DNA of 64,000 bases, taken from Eledone cirrhosa. Lineage: Eukaryota. This document shows positions 30,787-44,799 of this stretch, in pieces. A program made the translations under genes and the position numbers. The stretch is from the NCBI GenBank assembly GCA_964016885.1, contig OZ024740.1:373178001-373242000 (forward strand), read 5' to 3'. The notes beneath the pieces were generated by a model. It saw only the letters and a list, made by a program, of their open reading frames with translations, ran no database searches and was not told the DNA's origin. How positions within the stretch are numbered: the first letter of the stretch is position 1; each line of letters opens with the position of its first letter.

Positions 30787-31165
30787 AAGGCGCGTGGCTT
30801 TCTGGTTAGGGTGTTTGCTTGACATTTGTAAGGTCGTGAGTTCGATTTCCAGCTTTGCGTTGTGTCCTTCACCAAATCACTTTATTTCAGGTAGCTATAT
30901 TTCACTTCATTGTTTCCTTGTGCAAAACACTTTATTCCAGGTAGCTACAGTCCAGTCAGCTTGCAAAACCAGGAGTTTTATATGTAATTCGAAAGGCCAG
31001 TCTTGTCATATACTGTGACACGCTGAATCTTCCTAGGAACTACGTGAAGAATACGCGTGTCTGTGGAATGCTCAGCCATTTGCTCGATAATTATATGAGC
31101 AGTCTGTTCCAGTGATTGGATCGAATGGAATACTCGTCATTGTAACCGAGGGAGTGCCAGCACTA
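30787..31165 (+). mobile_element. tRNA-derived SINE, second family
   Basis: ggcgcgtggctttctggttagggtg (A box), gtgagttcgatttcc (B box), gcgttgtgtcctt...cactttatttca core-like segment. Confidence 0.75.
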
Positions 31166-31384
31166 GTTTAACCATGTAATATCCTGTAAGAGCTAATAAG
31201 CAATAATTTATCGTGGATACAATAGATACAAAAGCGTTGACACAATAGATATTGTGGTTTAAAACAACTTGATATATTGCTTATTATAATAAGATAAAAA
31301 TGCTTTGACGGTACATGTATATGATCAAACATATGGGTTTCATTATTTTTTTGAAGACTAAAATCCAAAGAGGGCTCGATAAGG

Positions 31385-31448
<64 letters not shown>

Positions 31449-31451
<3 letters not shown>

Positions 31452-32408
31452 AACAAGTAAGACCCCGACGGCTGAGCTCAAGCCGTTTCGACGGTAATTC
31501 TGTACTGAATGAAAAATTAATTCTAGTATTTAAATAGCCGAACTTATCAAGGGGTAATTCCATATATGGTCAAAGAGATAATCACCAGGATTGGTCACAT
31601 CACAAGTTAGTAGTAAATCTGTGATGGCAAGTTGGTGGGGGAAGGGGTAGCTAAACCTGCCAGTAGCAAAAAAAGGGGAGAGGGGGTGGAGTAGACACAT
31701 TCATGTGTTGGTAGTGCCAGCTACAGCTGGGTGTGAGGTCAAAGAGGATACTGGGGAGGGGGAGGGGGAGGAGGTCGAAACGGTAAGTAGAACAATGAAA
31801 AGTAAAACTGTAAAAGGTACTGAGAGAGAAAAAAATATAAGCAAAATCTGGTTACTAAGACTTAAGTCTCTCGCTATTGCTAGACTGAAGAAATACATAA
31901 ATAAATAAATAAACAAATAAGTGAATAAAAGAATAGATAAATAAATTTAAAAAAATAAAATAAAATAAAAATTAAAAAAATAAATATATATATATGTATA
32001 GAATAAAAAAATAAATGATAATAATAGAAATAAACTAGGTGGGACGGAAATAAAAGGACCCTTATACGAGGTATAAGTGCGTGTATCGTACGGTGACGGG
32101 TCAACAAAAGGGGGGCAGGTTTAGCTACCCCTTCCCCCACCAACTTGCCATCACAGATTTACTACTAACTTGTGATGTGACCAATCCTGGTGATTATCTC
32201 TTTGACCATATATTGAATTACCCCTTGATAAGTTCGGCTATTTAAATACCAGAATTAATTTTTTATTCAGTACAGAATTAGCCGTCGAAACGGCTTGAGC
32301 TCAGCCGTCGGGGTCTGACTTGTTCCTATTACCCACTCTACTACCCTAAGTATTGAGTACTTTGGTGCGTTATGGTCCACTTGGTTCCTTACCACATTTC
32401 CTTCGTTA
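31449..32408. mobile_element. PLE-like insertion with inverted arms (31449-31661 / 32114-32328) and 3' tail
   Basis: Near-identical reverse-complement arms between TA runs; family fragments also at 18466, 21285 and 58900. Confidence 0.85.
32220..32314 (+). ncRNA. Type I hammerhead ribozyme, U3-A8 core variant (mirror copy 31462-31555, minus)
   Basis: acccc TTGATAA gttcggcta...tagccgtc GAAA cggc ttgagctca gccg TC ggggt; all three helices pair. Confidence 0.8.
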
Positions 32409-32432
32409 TATATATATACAAATGTATACATT

Positions 32433-32500
<68 letters not shown>

Positions 32501-32696
32501 AGTGTGTGTTTGTGTATATATATATATATTTATATATATGAATGTATATATAGTGTACTTTGCAATACAATATATGGTTAATTAAAAGCATTTTGAAGAC
32601 CTTACGCTAATTTTCAACTTTTGCAGGACAAGCAACCGCTCTGTATTATCAGTTCCTGATTATTACTGGAATTCTATAAGAATCCAACATTCATAA

Positions 32697-32789
32697 TTTT
32701 CAACAAACAAGGGGAATGCTAAGCTCTGAGGAATACCAACAGTATGATACGGAGATCTGTCAGCTTATCTCCCTTTGTTTGTTGAAAAA
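32697..32789 (+). ncRNA. Type I hammerhead motif with long helix I and GAUA in place of GAAA (second copy 29979-30070)
   Basis: aagct CTGAGGA atac caaca gtat GATA cgga ga tctg TC agctt; helix I extended by ttttcaacaaacaagggga / tcccctttgtttgttgaaaa. Confidence 0.7.
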
Positions 32790-33539
32790 AAAAAGTATCA
32801 ACAAAAGTATCTTAGTATCAACAATAAACGGTTTTGATATTAAACTCATTGGGAAATGTCATACTGAATTATTATTACATTAATAATTGTGTCCTCCCAG
32901 GGAATCCAAATATAGTTCACTCAGAATTTTGAAAACATATGTAAAATATGTTTCGACGGTATGGAAACTATTTGCAATTTCATTTCTATCTATGATCTTA
33001 GATTTAAACAGTAGGGTTGATATGCACACTTTCTGATCAATCGCAGAGAAGTTGCATTTAAAAATGTTTTACACAGCTGCAAACCAGATATATATTTCAA
33101 AACATTTACATCATTTCTGTACCCTTTGCTTTTTTAAATATCATAATTGATGTAAATTCAAAGTATATGCTAAGCTTGCTTTCTTAGATTTGACTGTAGT
33201 AATTTGAAACAATGAAATGAAAAGTTTTCATTTCGATATGAATTAGGTCTAATATAGACTGAATTATGCCTTTTAAAATCATATTCGATATTCTCAAAAT
33301 ATATAACTTATAATTGCTTTGTTCCCTTAAAACACAGTGTTAACACACATATAAAACCATCACAATGAATATGACATGTTTAACGACTTAAGACACCTTC
33401 CTTATTTGCGTTTCACATAAGTTTATTCTGATTCATTTTGTTTTCTTTGCATTTCAGTAGATTCTCAGAATTTGAGTAAATTTTGTAACTTCTGTAAGAG
33501 ATATTCTGTATTATTTAGGTAATTTGCTCATATAACAAT

Positions 33540-34290
33540 GTCGTCATCGTGTTCCTGAACTTGTAGCTGTGTGACGGATGTATTGCGCTAGCAACAGCTA
33601 ATGAATAATCAAGAACGAAGTTATCTAAATACGATGCGGGGTGATCACCTAGAAATGATGCTCCTGTGACTACCTAAAATAAATCAATTTCTCCTTCTGC
33701 TGTCTGGGCCGTAGTGACTTGGTATTTGTACATGATCCTAATTCCACTCACGTGATTGAGAGGGATACCGTAAGCATGTAAAACCTCAACTATACGTTCT
33801 TAGTTAATGTTATCAAAATATTTCGAATGCCTATAGGGGATATAGCGGCCTCTTTTTGAGGAAGTTTTAATTTTTCGATTAGGCGGTGTAGAGCCCTTAT
33901 GTGTGATGATGGAAATCTAGATGATCTACGTCCATTTTAGGATTAGTCGTATGATTTGTTTTCGATATCTGGTCGAAGTCCCTTGAGATAAGGCGATTAT
34001 AAATTTTGGCATCAACATGTGTCAGATTTATTCCACGATAATGTTCTGGTTTCCTGAGATCAACTTTCTTCGAAATATGTATTATCGCAGAAATACCCAC
34101 ATCCTCTGTTCGGTTTCCGTTAAAGTTCTCATATCAAACATGCATTATAATAGGTTGGAGTTCTATGCCTGACGTGTTTTTGTGTTCATCTGATTGATGG
34201 CACGTTTCAGTTCATCCAAAGAGAACATTTCTACAGACGTATTGGCATTAACACTTTATAAAAGTCCGATCGTTTTTGAGCAGATACAAT
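33540..34290 (-). mobile_element. LINE (RTE-like) RT remnant
   Basis: IIHISKKVDLRKPEHYRGINLTHVDAKIYNRLI matches the PKKGD....YRGISL....K region at the start of non-LTR RT; heavily degraded. Confidence 0.7.
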
Positions 34291-35554
34291 TTCCTTAAGA
34301 AATGATTCGATACACTAATAAACCCCATTGGAAATAACTATAAATTAAATTAAACATATGATGGCAACAATAGTCACCGAAACGAATGACTATTAAATTA
34401 GCAAACTCGTTGTGTAATTTAATTAATTTGTAGTGCATTACTTTGATGAAATTTAACTGTACGATATGCAACTACACATACACGTAAATAGTTAAACGTT
34501 GTTTTAGAGATACGGCACTATATTGGCACAGTACATCCATATATAACTTAGATGCTATTCTCCGCAGAAAAAGCTTCAAAATTATACTGAATACTATGAC
34601 AATTTCTAAGCTGAATTCTTCTTATATTTGAATACACATTTGGCAATTATAAAATAACAGGTTGTAAATCATGTATGCAAGCAAACATCATTCTAGATTC
34701 TATGGAGAGCCATTTAACACTCTTACGAGTAATCAAACTAAACATTTTCATTCAATTATATAGGGAAAGAATTGTGCAAATATCTAAAATAATCTTACCA
34801 TGTATGAAAGTAGTTTTCTTATTCTAAACGCATATTCACAAAATTGAAGCTAAGTGCGAATACCCTACTTGTGAGATCTTTTGAGAACAATGTAAAACCA
34901 TTTATTAATTAACGAATATTTTCAAGTTGCAAGTCGTCGTACCTCTTAAACATAAGATCATTAATTAAAAATGTCAATTCCACCAGCCTAAATTTCAATG
35001 CAATTTAAACGCTTTTAAGACAAAAGATAATTTTAGTTAATTACCATTCTAATAATAAAAAATATGATTTTTACGTTGTACATTAATAGTGAAACTATAA
35101 AACAACTTGTTCTGTCCCAATGTGAACATAATATAAAATATCTTATGTCCCTTACATTTTGGATTGAGATCGAACATAAGCAGAAACAACTAAGATGCTG
35201 AGATTAATTTGTTGATAGACATGTCTCTTTATAAGTACATAAGAACGTGAATATATATTTTCATGTATACATTTACGCAGGTTATATGCTCCAAAATGTC
35301 TGTTCCAGTGAAGAACAGTTTAGATTACACCACCATCATTTTGACTCCCGATTATCTTAAAATAATTTTCATATTATAGGGGTGTACGATAAAACTGATT
35401 GTAAAATCACCCACGAGCATACCTGGAGGCAAGTTTCTGTTACATACAACGTTTCCTGATTAACATCAGACATAGTTCTCCAAAGACATGTAATAACTAT
35501 CATACACCAGTAGGAATATTTGAAAAAAAGAACATCTACAAATGTTCCAATTTG

Positions 35555-35590
<36 letters not shown>

Positions 35591-35595
35591 CGTAC

Positions 35596-35629
<34 letters not shown>

Positions 35630-35946
35630 CTCGACCGAGTTGACACTCGCAATAATTCAGCGCATGGGTTCGTACGGGAATTGAAGTAACACTTCATGTC
35701 CGAAGGTAAGCAGGCCACCGAATACACACACACACACGCACACACGCGCACGCACCCACACACTCACACCCATACCCACACGCACACACACACAGACACA
35801 TATATATATATAAATGTTAAAGGTAAAAAAAACATCCTTCTTCGTTTACAATTGGACATGGGATTTGCACCTAGAATATTATATACTTAGTCATGGCACA
35901 CACACACACACATACACACACATACACACACACACACACACACACG

Positions 35947-35993
<47 letters not shown>

Positions 35994-36037
35994 CTACGCT
36001 ATTCAGAAGTGTTTTTTAAGCTTCATATTATGTCTCC

Positions 36038-36110
36038 CTATTTTATCTGATGAGAACGCAGATATCATACCATGATAATATTTGTTTTTGAAATGCGCAT
36101 AATAAAATAG
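36038..36110 (+). ncRNA. Type I hammerhead ribozyme (AUA site) in a ~150-bp insert (35994-36146) between TA runs
   Basis: ctattttat CTGATGA gaacgcagatat...atatttgttttt GAAA tgcgca TA ataaaatag; perfect 9-bp helix I. Confidence 0.88.
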
Positions 36111-36139
36111 TTGGAACACTTTTAACCATCTTTTGAACT

Positions 36140-36191
<52 letters not shown>

Positions 36192-37619
36192 CAGCGGTAA
36201 ATGTATCACTAACTATAATTTAGAAGGTCACTATATTTACGCTGAAACATAAACAAATTCACGATTATGTTCACACAAAGATGTACTTAAATGTCAATAA
36301 CAGCTGCAATCCTTTACTCAGACAAGATAGAAACCTATGTACATACATTTACACATCTTACAATAATACTAAACACAGAGCTAAATATTTATATAGACAT
36401 GCGTGCAAATACAGACACCGACATGTATGGTGATACTCATTTACAAAAAACATCAACATATAGATGAATTTTTATTTATAGGTATATATGTACACACTCA
36501 ACCTACATATATCTACGCACACGCTCAAAGACACATGCAAACAAACGTCTGATAAACGTGCGCGTATATAGTTGTGTTACGCGCGTAGTGTTCATTGGAT
36601 CCTAAAGTGCAACATCTTTTCAATAACATAAATACGTAGTTGATCACTAAATATTCTGGGAACTTGAATTGTTTTTTAAAATCAATTAATTCATTTCTAA
36701 TTCTTAGAATTATGCAAATTTAATTGTAATGTGATGTTTATAGATATAAATTTCAAAGTAGTTGGTATAATTCACACCGCACGAAATATATAAATACTAT
36801 ATGGCAATTCTATTATGTTTTCAATTGAAGAAGGAAGTAGATGATTATATATTTCCAAATGAGCCACCCCGCCTCATATTAAAAAAATATAGGCATCAAA
36901 TATCTAACGGGTATAAATCAACTTTAAATTGAACACAAATGAATGAAAAAGGTTTAAACTTGGTAGGTGCACATATAAAATTGATATAGGAAATATAGAA
37001 CGATTTCATATGCTATACATTACCTAGTATAAAAATGCCCAGTATTTGATTAATCTCTTTGAAAGCCAGGGCCTTAAATCAGTATGGAATGTTTTAATTC
37101 CTGCAAATAGAAATTGAAATAATGTAGCTAAAATAAAATTTAAACAAAGAACACATGTTATGTATTCAAAAACATAGTTCAGGAGATAAAAAAAGATGGA
37201 AAAATATATACGTATGTCGCAATTAAGTGATAATATTTAATTATTGAATGAATTAAGTTTCTATTCTATAAATTACTTTTACTACCGTTACAATCTTTAT
37301 TCCAAGGAAAGAAATTACTACTAAACTCTCCATCTGGCGTCATTTTAAGAAAATAATTACTTAATTTATAAAGATTTTATGGATATTGCGGGTGGTGGCC
37401 AGTATTGCGTCATCACTGGCGTCTTAAATAGAATGAATGAGTATTAGAACATGCATAATATAGTTTTACAGACAATAATCTATCAATCGAAATATATAAT
37501 AATATAAGAATATCTTGAAATTATTAAAATGCTTCTGCTTCTTCTTCTAAATTAATTCAATCACAGATATTAATAGTGTTTTGTTTGCAGAGGGCTTACT
37601 TTCCTTCTCGAAACGGTCA

Positions 37620-38330
37620 TCCAATTATTTGAGTATTTGTTTTATGTTACAAAGTTGGAACCGTCTTTCTTGTTTTTCCCTCATATTTCTCCAAAAATAC
37701 TGACACATGTTGCAGCAAGTACCTATTTTCCCATCATAATACTCTCTCGATCCGTACGCCGGATGGCAGCATTTTTATTCTGGTTAATATTTGGAATATA
37801 TTGTGCTTTTCTGATTTAGGTGGCATCATATTTTCATATGCATATGATCATTAATACAATAAGGAATATAATCATCTGCTGGCATCAGATTGTTGTTTGA
37901 TGATAGTTTGTGACCGAAATAAACAAACTCCGTAACTTGAGCAATTTGCTGGTTCTAGATTGTCAGTTGTAGATTGGCATTGTTTTAATCAGTTGTCATA
38001 CACTTTCTTTTGGAAATGTTGATGTATAAGCCAGCTTCTAGTGAATGTTTGCCCAGTACATTCGGGCAGTTTTGCAGATCAGTTCTAGAATAATTCATGG
38101 TGGCCAGATCGTCTGCATACCTAAAATTTGATAGGATTTTACCTCCTATTTGATAGGCAGAAGAATATTCTTCTTCAGTTTGGCATATAAGTGCAGCTAT
38201 AACTATACAGAAAAGAAGTGCTAATAGTACACCACCTTGCTTAACTCCCTTGAAGATGTAATTCCAGAATCTGTTTTGATATATGCTGTTCAGTTGGTGT
38301 AAGTTTCTTTCAGTAGTTTTATGTATTTGA
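37620..38330 (-). mobile_element. LINE (RTE-like) RT remnant
   Basis: KGVKQGGVLLALLFCIVI...LSNFRYADDLA...GLYINISKRKCM (QG and YADD motifs). Confidence 0.85.
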
Positions 38331-38984
38331 AAAAGCACTGAACTGGACACCATATACTCAGAATTCATCAAAGCTGGAGGTCAATTATCAAAACACTTCA
38401 ACATCGTTTTAACTGTATTATGACTACAAGAATAAGGCCAGAGATGTTCAAGAAAGCGTTGATAATTTGTAAACTACAAAAAAGTTAGCAGACTTGTTTG
38501 TGGGAACTTTCATCTTATCAGCCTACTGAGTCTTGTTTACAAGCTTTTTATGAGTACCATTGCAGCACGAGTGAAGTCAGTCCTGTACGCCTGATTTCCT
38601 GAAATACAAGGTGCGTATCCACCTGGAAGAGGCACCATTAAGCAGAACCTAGTTATTGTAAAATCATTGAGAAATCAATGTAATTCACCTTCATTGACAT
38701 CACAAAAGCTTTTGACAACTTGAAACTACCCAGCTTGTGACAACTCTTAAACAAATGACGAATTTGTGAAGATCAAAAAGTAAGGAAAAAGAAAAAAAAT
38801 CACACATTATTTTGATGCACACTCTACGAACCCCACTAAACGGCGATTCTGAGTTAATAATTAATGGAATTAAGATTGCTTCATGGAAAGAGAACAAAGT
38901 TGACACAAATTCAGAAAGTAAGAGTCATAATAATTACAGGAATGTTCTAACGATTCTAACGATTAACATTCAGATATATGTTAA

Positions 38985-39163
38985 TGGCAGTATCGGTAGA
39001 GGGTCGGACGCCATGCTTTGAAGCATGGAGTTACCTCCCTGTATGATCTGAGTTCAAATCCTGCCGAGGTTAACTTTGCTTTTCATCCTTACGGGGTCGA
39101 TAAAATAAAGTACCAGTAATGCACTGGGTATTGCTGGCCTTGTGCCAAAAGTAGAAACAGTTA
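38985..39163 (+). mobile_element. tRNA-derived SINE (OK-like)
   Basis: Collinear with 5439-5619. Confidence 0.85.
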
Positions 39164-39563
39164 TATTTTATGCTAATACCCGATAATACGACTGTAGCCT
39201 TCCGGCCGAAAGTAAGTTTTGATCATAAGAAACAAAAAACGTTTTTGAGATATATAACATTGAAAAGGCGGTCTATATTTGGTCACATTAGACATAGGAA
39301 AATCTCTATTTAAAATGGTATGGATAACCGCACAATTCTGCCATTGCCCGAAGGTGAAAGTGTGATCAGTATGTGCTATGTATGGATAGAATATATTGGG
39401 ATCTATCGATAGATGATATATACTATAGCATGTGTGTGACTGCATTCCATGTACATAAACATATATACATATTCAATAACCATTCTGTCACACACAAACA
39501 CACACAGACACACACAGATACGCACACGGAAACACACACGTACACACACGTATATATGTATGT

Positions 39564-39600
<37 letters not shown>

Positions 39601-39608
39601 CATATATA

Positions 39609-39780
39609 TCATCATCATCATCGTTTAACGTCCATCTTCCAGGCTAGCATGGGTTTGGATGGGAATGTTCCCACTTGAGCAAGATTGATTGTCTTGCTCG
39701 TATAGCGGGTTTTCTACGGCTGGATGCACTTCCTAACACCAACCCCGTTTACAGTGTGGACTGGGAGGTTTTTACCTACA
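39609..39780 (-). mobile_element. SINE/LINE-tail fragment ending in (GAT)n
   Basis: catcatcatcatcgtttaacgtcc...ttctacggctggatgcacttcctaacaccaacc resembles a common cephalopod SINE 3' portion (from recall, not searched). Confidence 0.55.
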
Positions 39781-39889
39781 CGACCTCATTTATTTAGGAC
39801 TGCATGTTGTGGTACCAACAAAACTTTACATTGAAATGGGTGGTGTGGATGGGTGGAGGTAGTTGGACGGGGTGTATATATATATATAT

Positions 39890-40035
39890 TTATTAAAATA
39901 ACGGAGTAAAGTTTAAGCAAAGAATCGTTGCTTTCACCCTTAACGGGATTTTCTGAAACTATAAAATTTGATATATATTTATCTTTATCAAGCCCTCTTT
40001 GGATTGTAGTCTTCAAATTTATTATTATTACTATA
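39890..40035 (-). mobile_element. ~150-bp TA-embedded unit with hammerhead-shaped junction; other copies or pieces at 28005, 29541, 31350, 40669, 40705-40850, 40870, 41300-41412, 58665-58735, 58836, 59020
   Basis: Recurrent tagtaataataataaatttgaagactaaaatcc...gtgaaagcagcgattctttgcttaaactttaatctgttat in both orientations. Confidence 0.8.
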
Positions 40036-40102
40036 TATATAGTAATAATAATGAATTATATATAAATAATATATATATATATATAAATATATACATATAT
40101 AA

Positions 40103-40191
<89 letters not shown>

Positions 40192-40221
40192 AAAGAATAG
40201 AGGTGTAACACACAAGTTATT

Positions 40222-40614
40222 ATATATTGGTAAACGGAATAGAAAATGCTGACAAATTGTTCACAGTTGAAAAATGGTTTAATTAGGAATAAAAGAGTAT
40301 TAGTGATTGTATGGGTTAGTATTCAGTTGTGGTTTTAAGTTTTTAAGTTTTTACCGGTTGCGCATTTCAAAATGCTTTTCAAAAATAATTTTGAGATAGA
40401 GTGTCCGTGTTGTTTGCTCTGATCAGAGCAAACTACACGGACACTCTAACTCACAATTATTTTTGAAAAGCACTTAGAAATGCGCAACCGGTAAAAGCTT
40501 AAAAACTTATAACCACAACTGAATACTAACCCATACAATCACTAATACTCTTTTATTCCTAATTAAACCATTTTTCAACTGTGAACAATTTGTCAGCATT
40601 TTCTATTCGGTTTA

Positions 40615-40623
<9 letters not shown>
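40222..40623. repeat. Spacerless ~200-bp-arm palindrome between TA runs
   Basis: Centre gctctga|tcagagc at 40422/40423; arms match with a few mismatches. Confidence 0.9.
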
Positions 40624-40669
<46 letters not shown>

Positions 40670-40837
40670 TAGTCTTCAAATTTTTTATTATTACTATATA
40701 TATATAGTAATAATAAAAAATTTGAAGACTAAAATCCTAAGAGGGCTTGATAGGGATAAATATATATCAACTTTTCGTTTCAGAAGTTCCCGTCAAGGGT
40801 GAAAGCAGTGATTCTTTGCTTAAACTTTGACCTGTTA

Positions 40838-40868
<31 letters not shown>

Positions 40869-40926
40869 TTATTAAAATAACAGATTAAAGTTTAATAAAT
40901 ATATATATATATATATATATGTATAC

Positions 40927-41180
40927 ATATTTTGTATCTCCACAGAAATACAGTTTTAGGAAGCCGTAGCTATGCAAACGCCGTGGGGCTAACGCCCTCC
41001 GGTGATGTCCAGCAGAAGCAAGGGGGACAACCCTCTATGCAATTCAGGCTTAATTGTCCTTCGTCAGGACGATCCCTCCCACCGCTTGCTTCTGCTGGAC
41101 AACACCGTAGGGCATTAGCCCCCCGGTGTTTGCATAACTACGGCTTCCTAAAATTGTATTTCTTTGGAGATACAAAATAT
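40927..41180. repeat. 96-bp inverted arms (40927-41022 / 41085-41180) enclosing a half HHR
   Basis: Arms are reverse complements; spacer on the minus strand reads CTGACGA a ggacaa...ttgtcc with GAAA missing. Confidence 0.8.
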
Positions 41181-41225
41181 TTATCGATATTGTATAAAGC
41201 TATGCTTGAAGGGCAATCCTATTTC

Positions 41226-41289
<64 letters not shown>

Positions 41290-41431
41290 TATGTATATTT
41301 ATTCAAATAACAGATTAACGTTGAAGCAAAGAATCGCTGCTTTCACCCTTAACGGATCTTTTGAAATTAAAATTTGATATATATTCATCCTTATCAAACC
41401 TTTTTGGGATTTATATATATATACATACATG

Positions 41432-41481
<50 letters not shown>

Positions 41482-41483
<2 letters not shown>

Positions 41484-41668
41484 ATTTTTTCTACTTTTGG
41501 CACAAGACCAGCAATTAACCAGTGTATTACTGGTACTATTTTTTTATCAACCCCGTAGGATGAAAGGCAAAGTTAATCTCGGCGGGAGTTGAACTCAGAA
41601 TGGCAAGGACCGTAACTCTATGAGTCAAAGCATTGCGTCTTTCCCTCTACCGGTACTGCCAATCCACC
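41482..41668 (-). mobile_element. tRNA-derived SINE (OK-like)
   Basis: Reverse complement collinear with 5439-5619. Confidence 0.85.
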
Positions 41669-42587
41669 ATATATAATGCACTTAATCCAGCCGAACAATG
41701 TCTATAACATACCTTTATATTTGCCCTCACTCATTTAGACGCACGCAACTCCAACCGTCACACAATAAACACTCACATTTACAAAATACTGTTATTCCCC
41801 CTACGAGCCTCTGCACACATATAAACCCCAAATACCTGCTTAACACATTCATATCCACCCTAACCGACACATCGGTCCCACCAGGTATAGATGTATATTT
41901 CTATGAACACCACCAACAAACACACACATACGGCTGTATCATATACCCATTAATATTCATCCAGGGTCATTATAATACAATGTCCCTTAACCCTACAGAT
42001 TATGATGCATACAAGCGTAGAGGCACACACCCGTACATCGCCAACATAGACATCACAAGCCTCTCATGCAAGGATGCAAGTGTGTTTGTTTCTCTTACGC
42101 GCGTGTGTGGAACCGTGCGGCACCCGGTTCTGCGGCTGTGAGGCCATCTATAGTTTTACTCCATCTTCACCATCAACCGGCTCCTTCCATCTTCACGCAC
42201 GTAGTGACTTAATACTTTGTAGTTCAGCTGCTTGGGGTTGCACCACCTTAAGCAGTTTATCTGATGGCCACCCCACGAATTAAAATATATAAGACAGTTA
42301 TCATATTCGCTAAAGTCTCCTCTTCTATACAACCCATTGCGACTGATTTTCCGTATATGTGTATGTATGTACTCAGAATGTTCATATTAATACATATCCA
42401 TTCACTCAGGCTTGATACTACACACTTCAACATCACACAACAGGCATGGCTGTCACGGGCCTACGATCACCGTTACATCCTTAGTACAAACGAACGAAAA
42501 AACGTATACATGCACACGTACGCAGGCGCAGACGAACACACGCATATACACATACGCACATACACATAAATGCACAAGCCTCCCCCC

Positions 42588-42661
<74 letters not shown>

Positions 42662-42747
42662 CATATATATAGTTTATATTATGTTCTAGCTTTGGAATGA
42701 TTATAAAGAAAAAGGAAACAGGAAGTAAATAGATATCTCAATGTATT

Positions 42748-42784
<37 letters not shown>

Positions 42785-43150
42785 TATATACAAGGATGTC
42801 TGTATCAATTTCTGGCTATTGTGCACATGTGTACGTATGATCATCTATGTGCTGGTTCATGTGGCTCTGTACAAAATTATTCCATGCAATACACTTTCAT
42901 ATTCCATCGACACACAACTTCCTGTCTATGACAACCTTACAAATCATAACACATTTCATTCTCAGAACATCGATTGATATATAGATTCATTTTCAAACGT
43001 ATACACTAAGATTCACACACATCTATAAAAGGAAAAAGGAAACTCATGCAAACATACTCAAATGCATATATGTAAATTATATATTAATAAGTACACACAC
43101 AGACAAACACGCACTCACACTTACATACACACACACATATGTATATATGT

Positions 43151-43207
<57 letters not shown>

Positions 43208-43928
43208 TATATACATATGTGAGTGTGTTGTGTATATGTGGAACTGTGTTCTATATATGAATGTTTCTGGACGTATTGGTGTGTATTTGATAGAGTGTGC
43301 GTGTTTGTATGTATATTAAAACACTGAATGTTGTTTTGCCAGACAGGAGAGGGTGGTGCATGAAAATATATTCTTGTCAATATATTGGATGTTTGCCATT
43401 GTCACGTAAGAGAAATTATATCAGAGTATTTAAGGCGACGTGTTTCACTGAGAACAAGGCAATCATTATACAATTGCTTGCAAGATGTGATGGTTTGATG
43501 TGAGTTGGCTTCCAGGGCCGAGCGCCAAATATTTCATAACGAAGAAACTGTCAATAAGTTGAACGTACGAAGAATTTTGATATCTTTAAAACGCAAAGGG
43601 TCAACAGTCCAGATCTCACATGAATGATAACGTATTAAAATTGGAGAAAGGGAAAGGAACATATATTATAACAAATATATATTCTCCTCTGATTCAATTT
43701 AATTTCTCTCTCTCTCTCTCACCCTCCTTCTCACTCTCTCCCTTTCCCACTCTCTCTCTCTCTACGTATAATGTATGTGTGTGTGTGCGTGTGTACACAC
43801 GCAGACACACATACACACGCACACACACATACACACGCACACACACACACGCGCACACACACACCTACACACACACCTACCTACCTACCCCCCATATATA
43901 TAAATATATAAAATTTATATATATATGC

Positions 43929-43985
<57 letters not shown>

Positions 43986-44799
43986 TGCAGTCTACACTAT
44001 CACTTTACTTAACTTTCAAAACAAATTATTGGCACCGACTATTTCCCTTATGTCTCCCTGTTAGAGATATGATGACGAATACATAATGATTTCAGATGTT
44101 TTCAGACATTTCTTTACTTTGTATTGCTTTATAACAATGCTTTAGAGAACGATAATTATTTCGATCATTTCTCACCTTCTATTCAAAATCAAATGAAGGT
44201 AAACTAATTTGTAAAATTGGTTGAAATGAAAAGACGCCTCTGGATTATTCACAAATAATGTGCTTAGTATTTAGTCAACATGAACATATAGATATTATCA
44301 TATGCATATATATTTACTGATTTAAACAGTTTATTACACACACACATATCCCCCCCCCCCCACACACAAACCATATATGTATATATATATATATACATGG
44401 GTTTGTGTATGTGTAGATATGTAAAATGCCGACCGCGCCGCTAAGCTGTTTCATGAATGTATGCATGTATGTAACCATTATATGTATATATATGCGCAGG
44501 CACACATACACGGTGTATTTGATAATGAGCTTAGTATAATTCTATATGCAAAAATACTTAGTTATATACAATGATACTGAGTTCATCACAAATAGCAACA
44601 AATATCGCCTTGGGAATTTCCGCTGGAGACCACTTTTGAATCGCAGAAATTTCATTCAGTTTCATATAACAAACCCAGTTGTTTAAATTACAGAAATCTA
44701 TCCCATTACAAAATTGTTTAAAGATGACGGTTGGTGACAATACTTCAGTAAAAGTGTCTAAAGTGAAAAACATATTCGTCCATGCTGGTTGCTAACATT

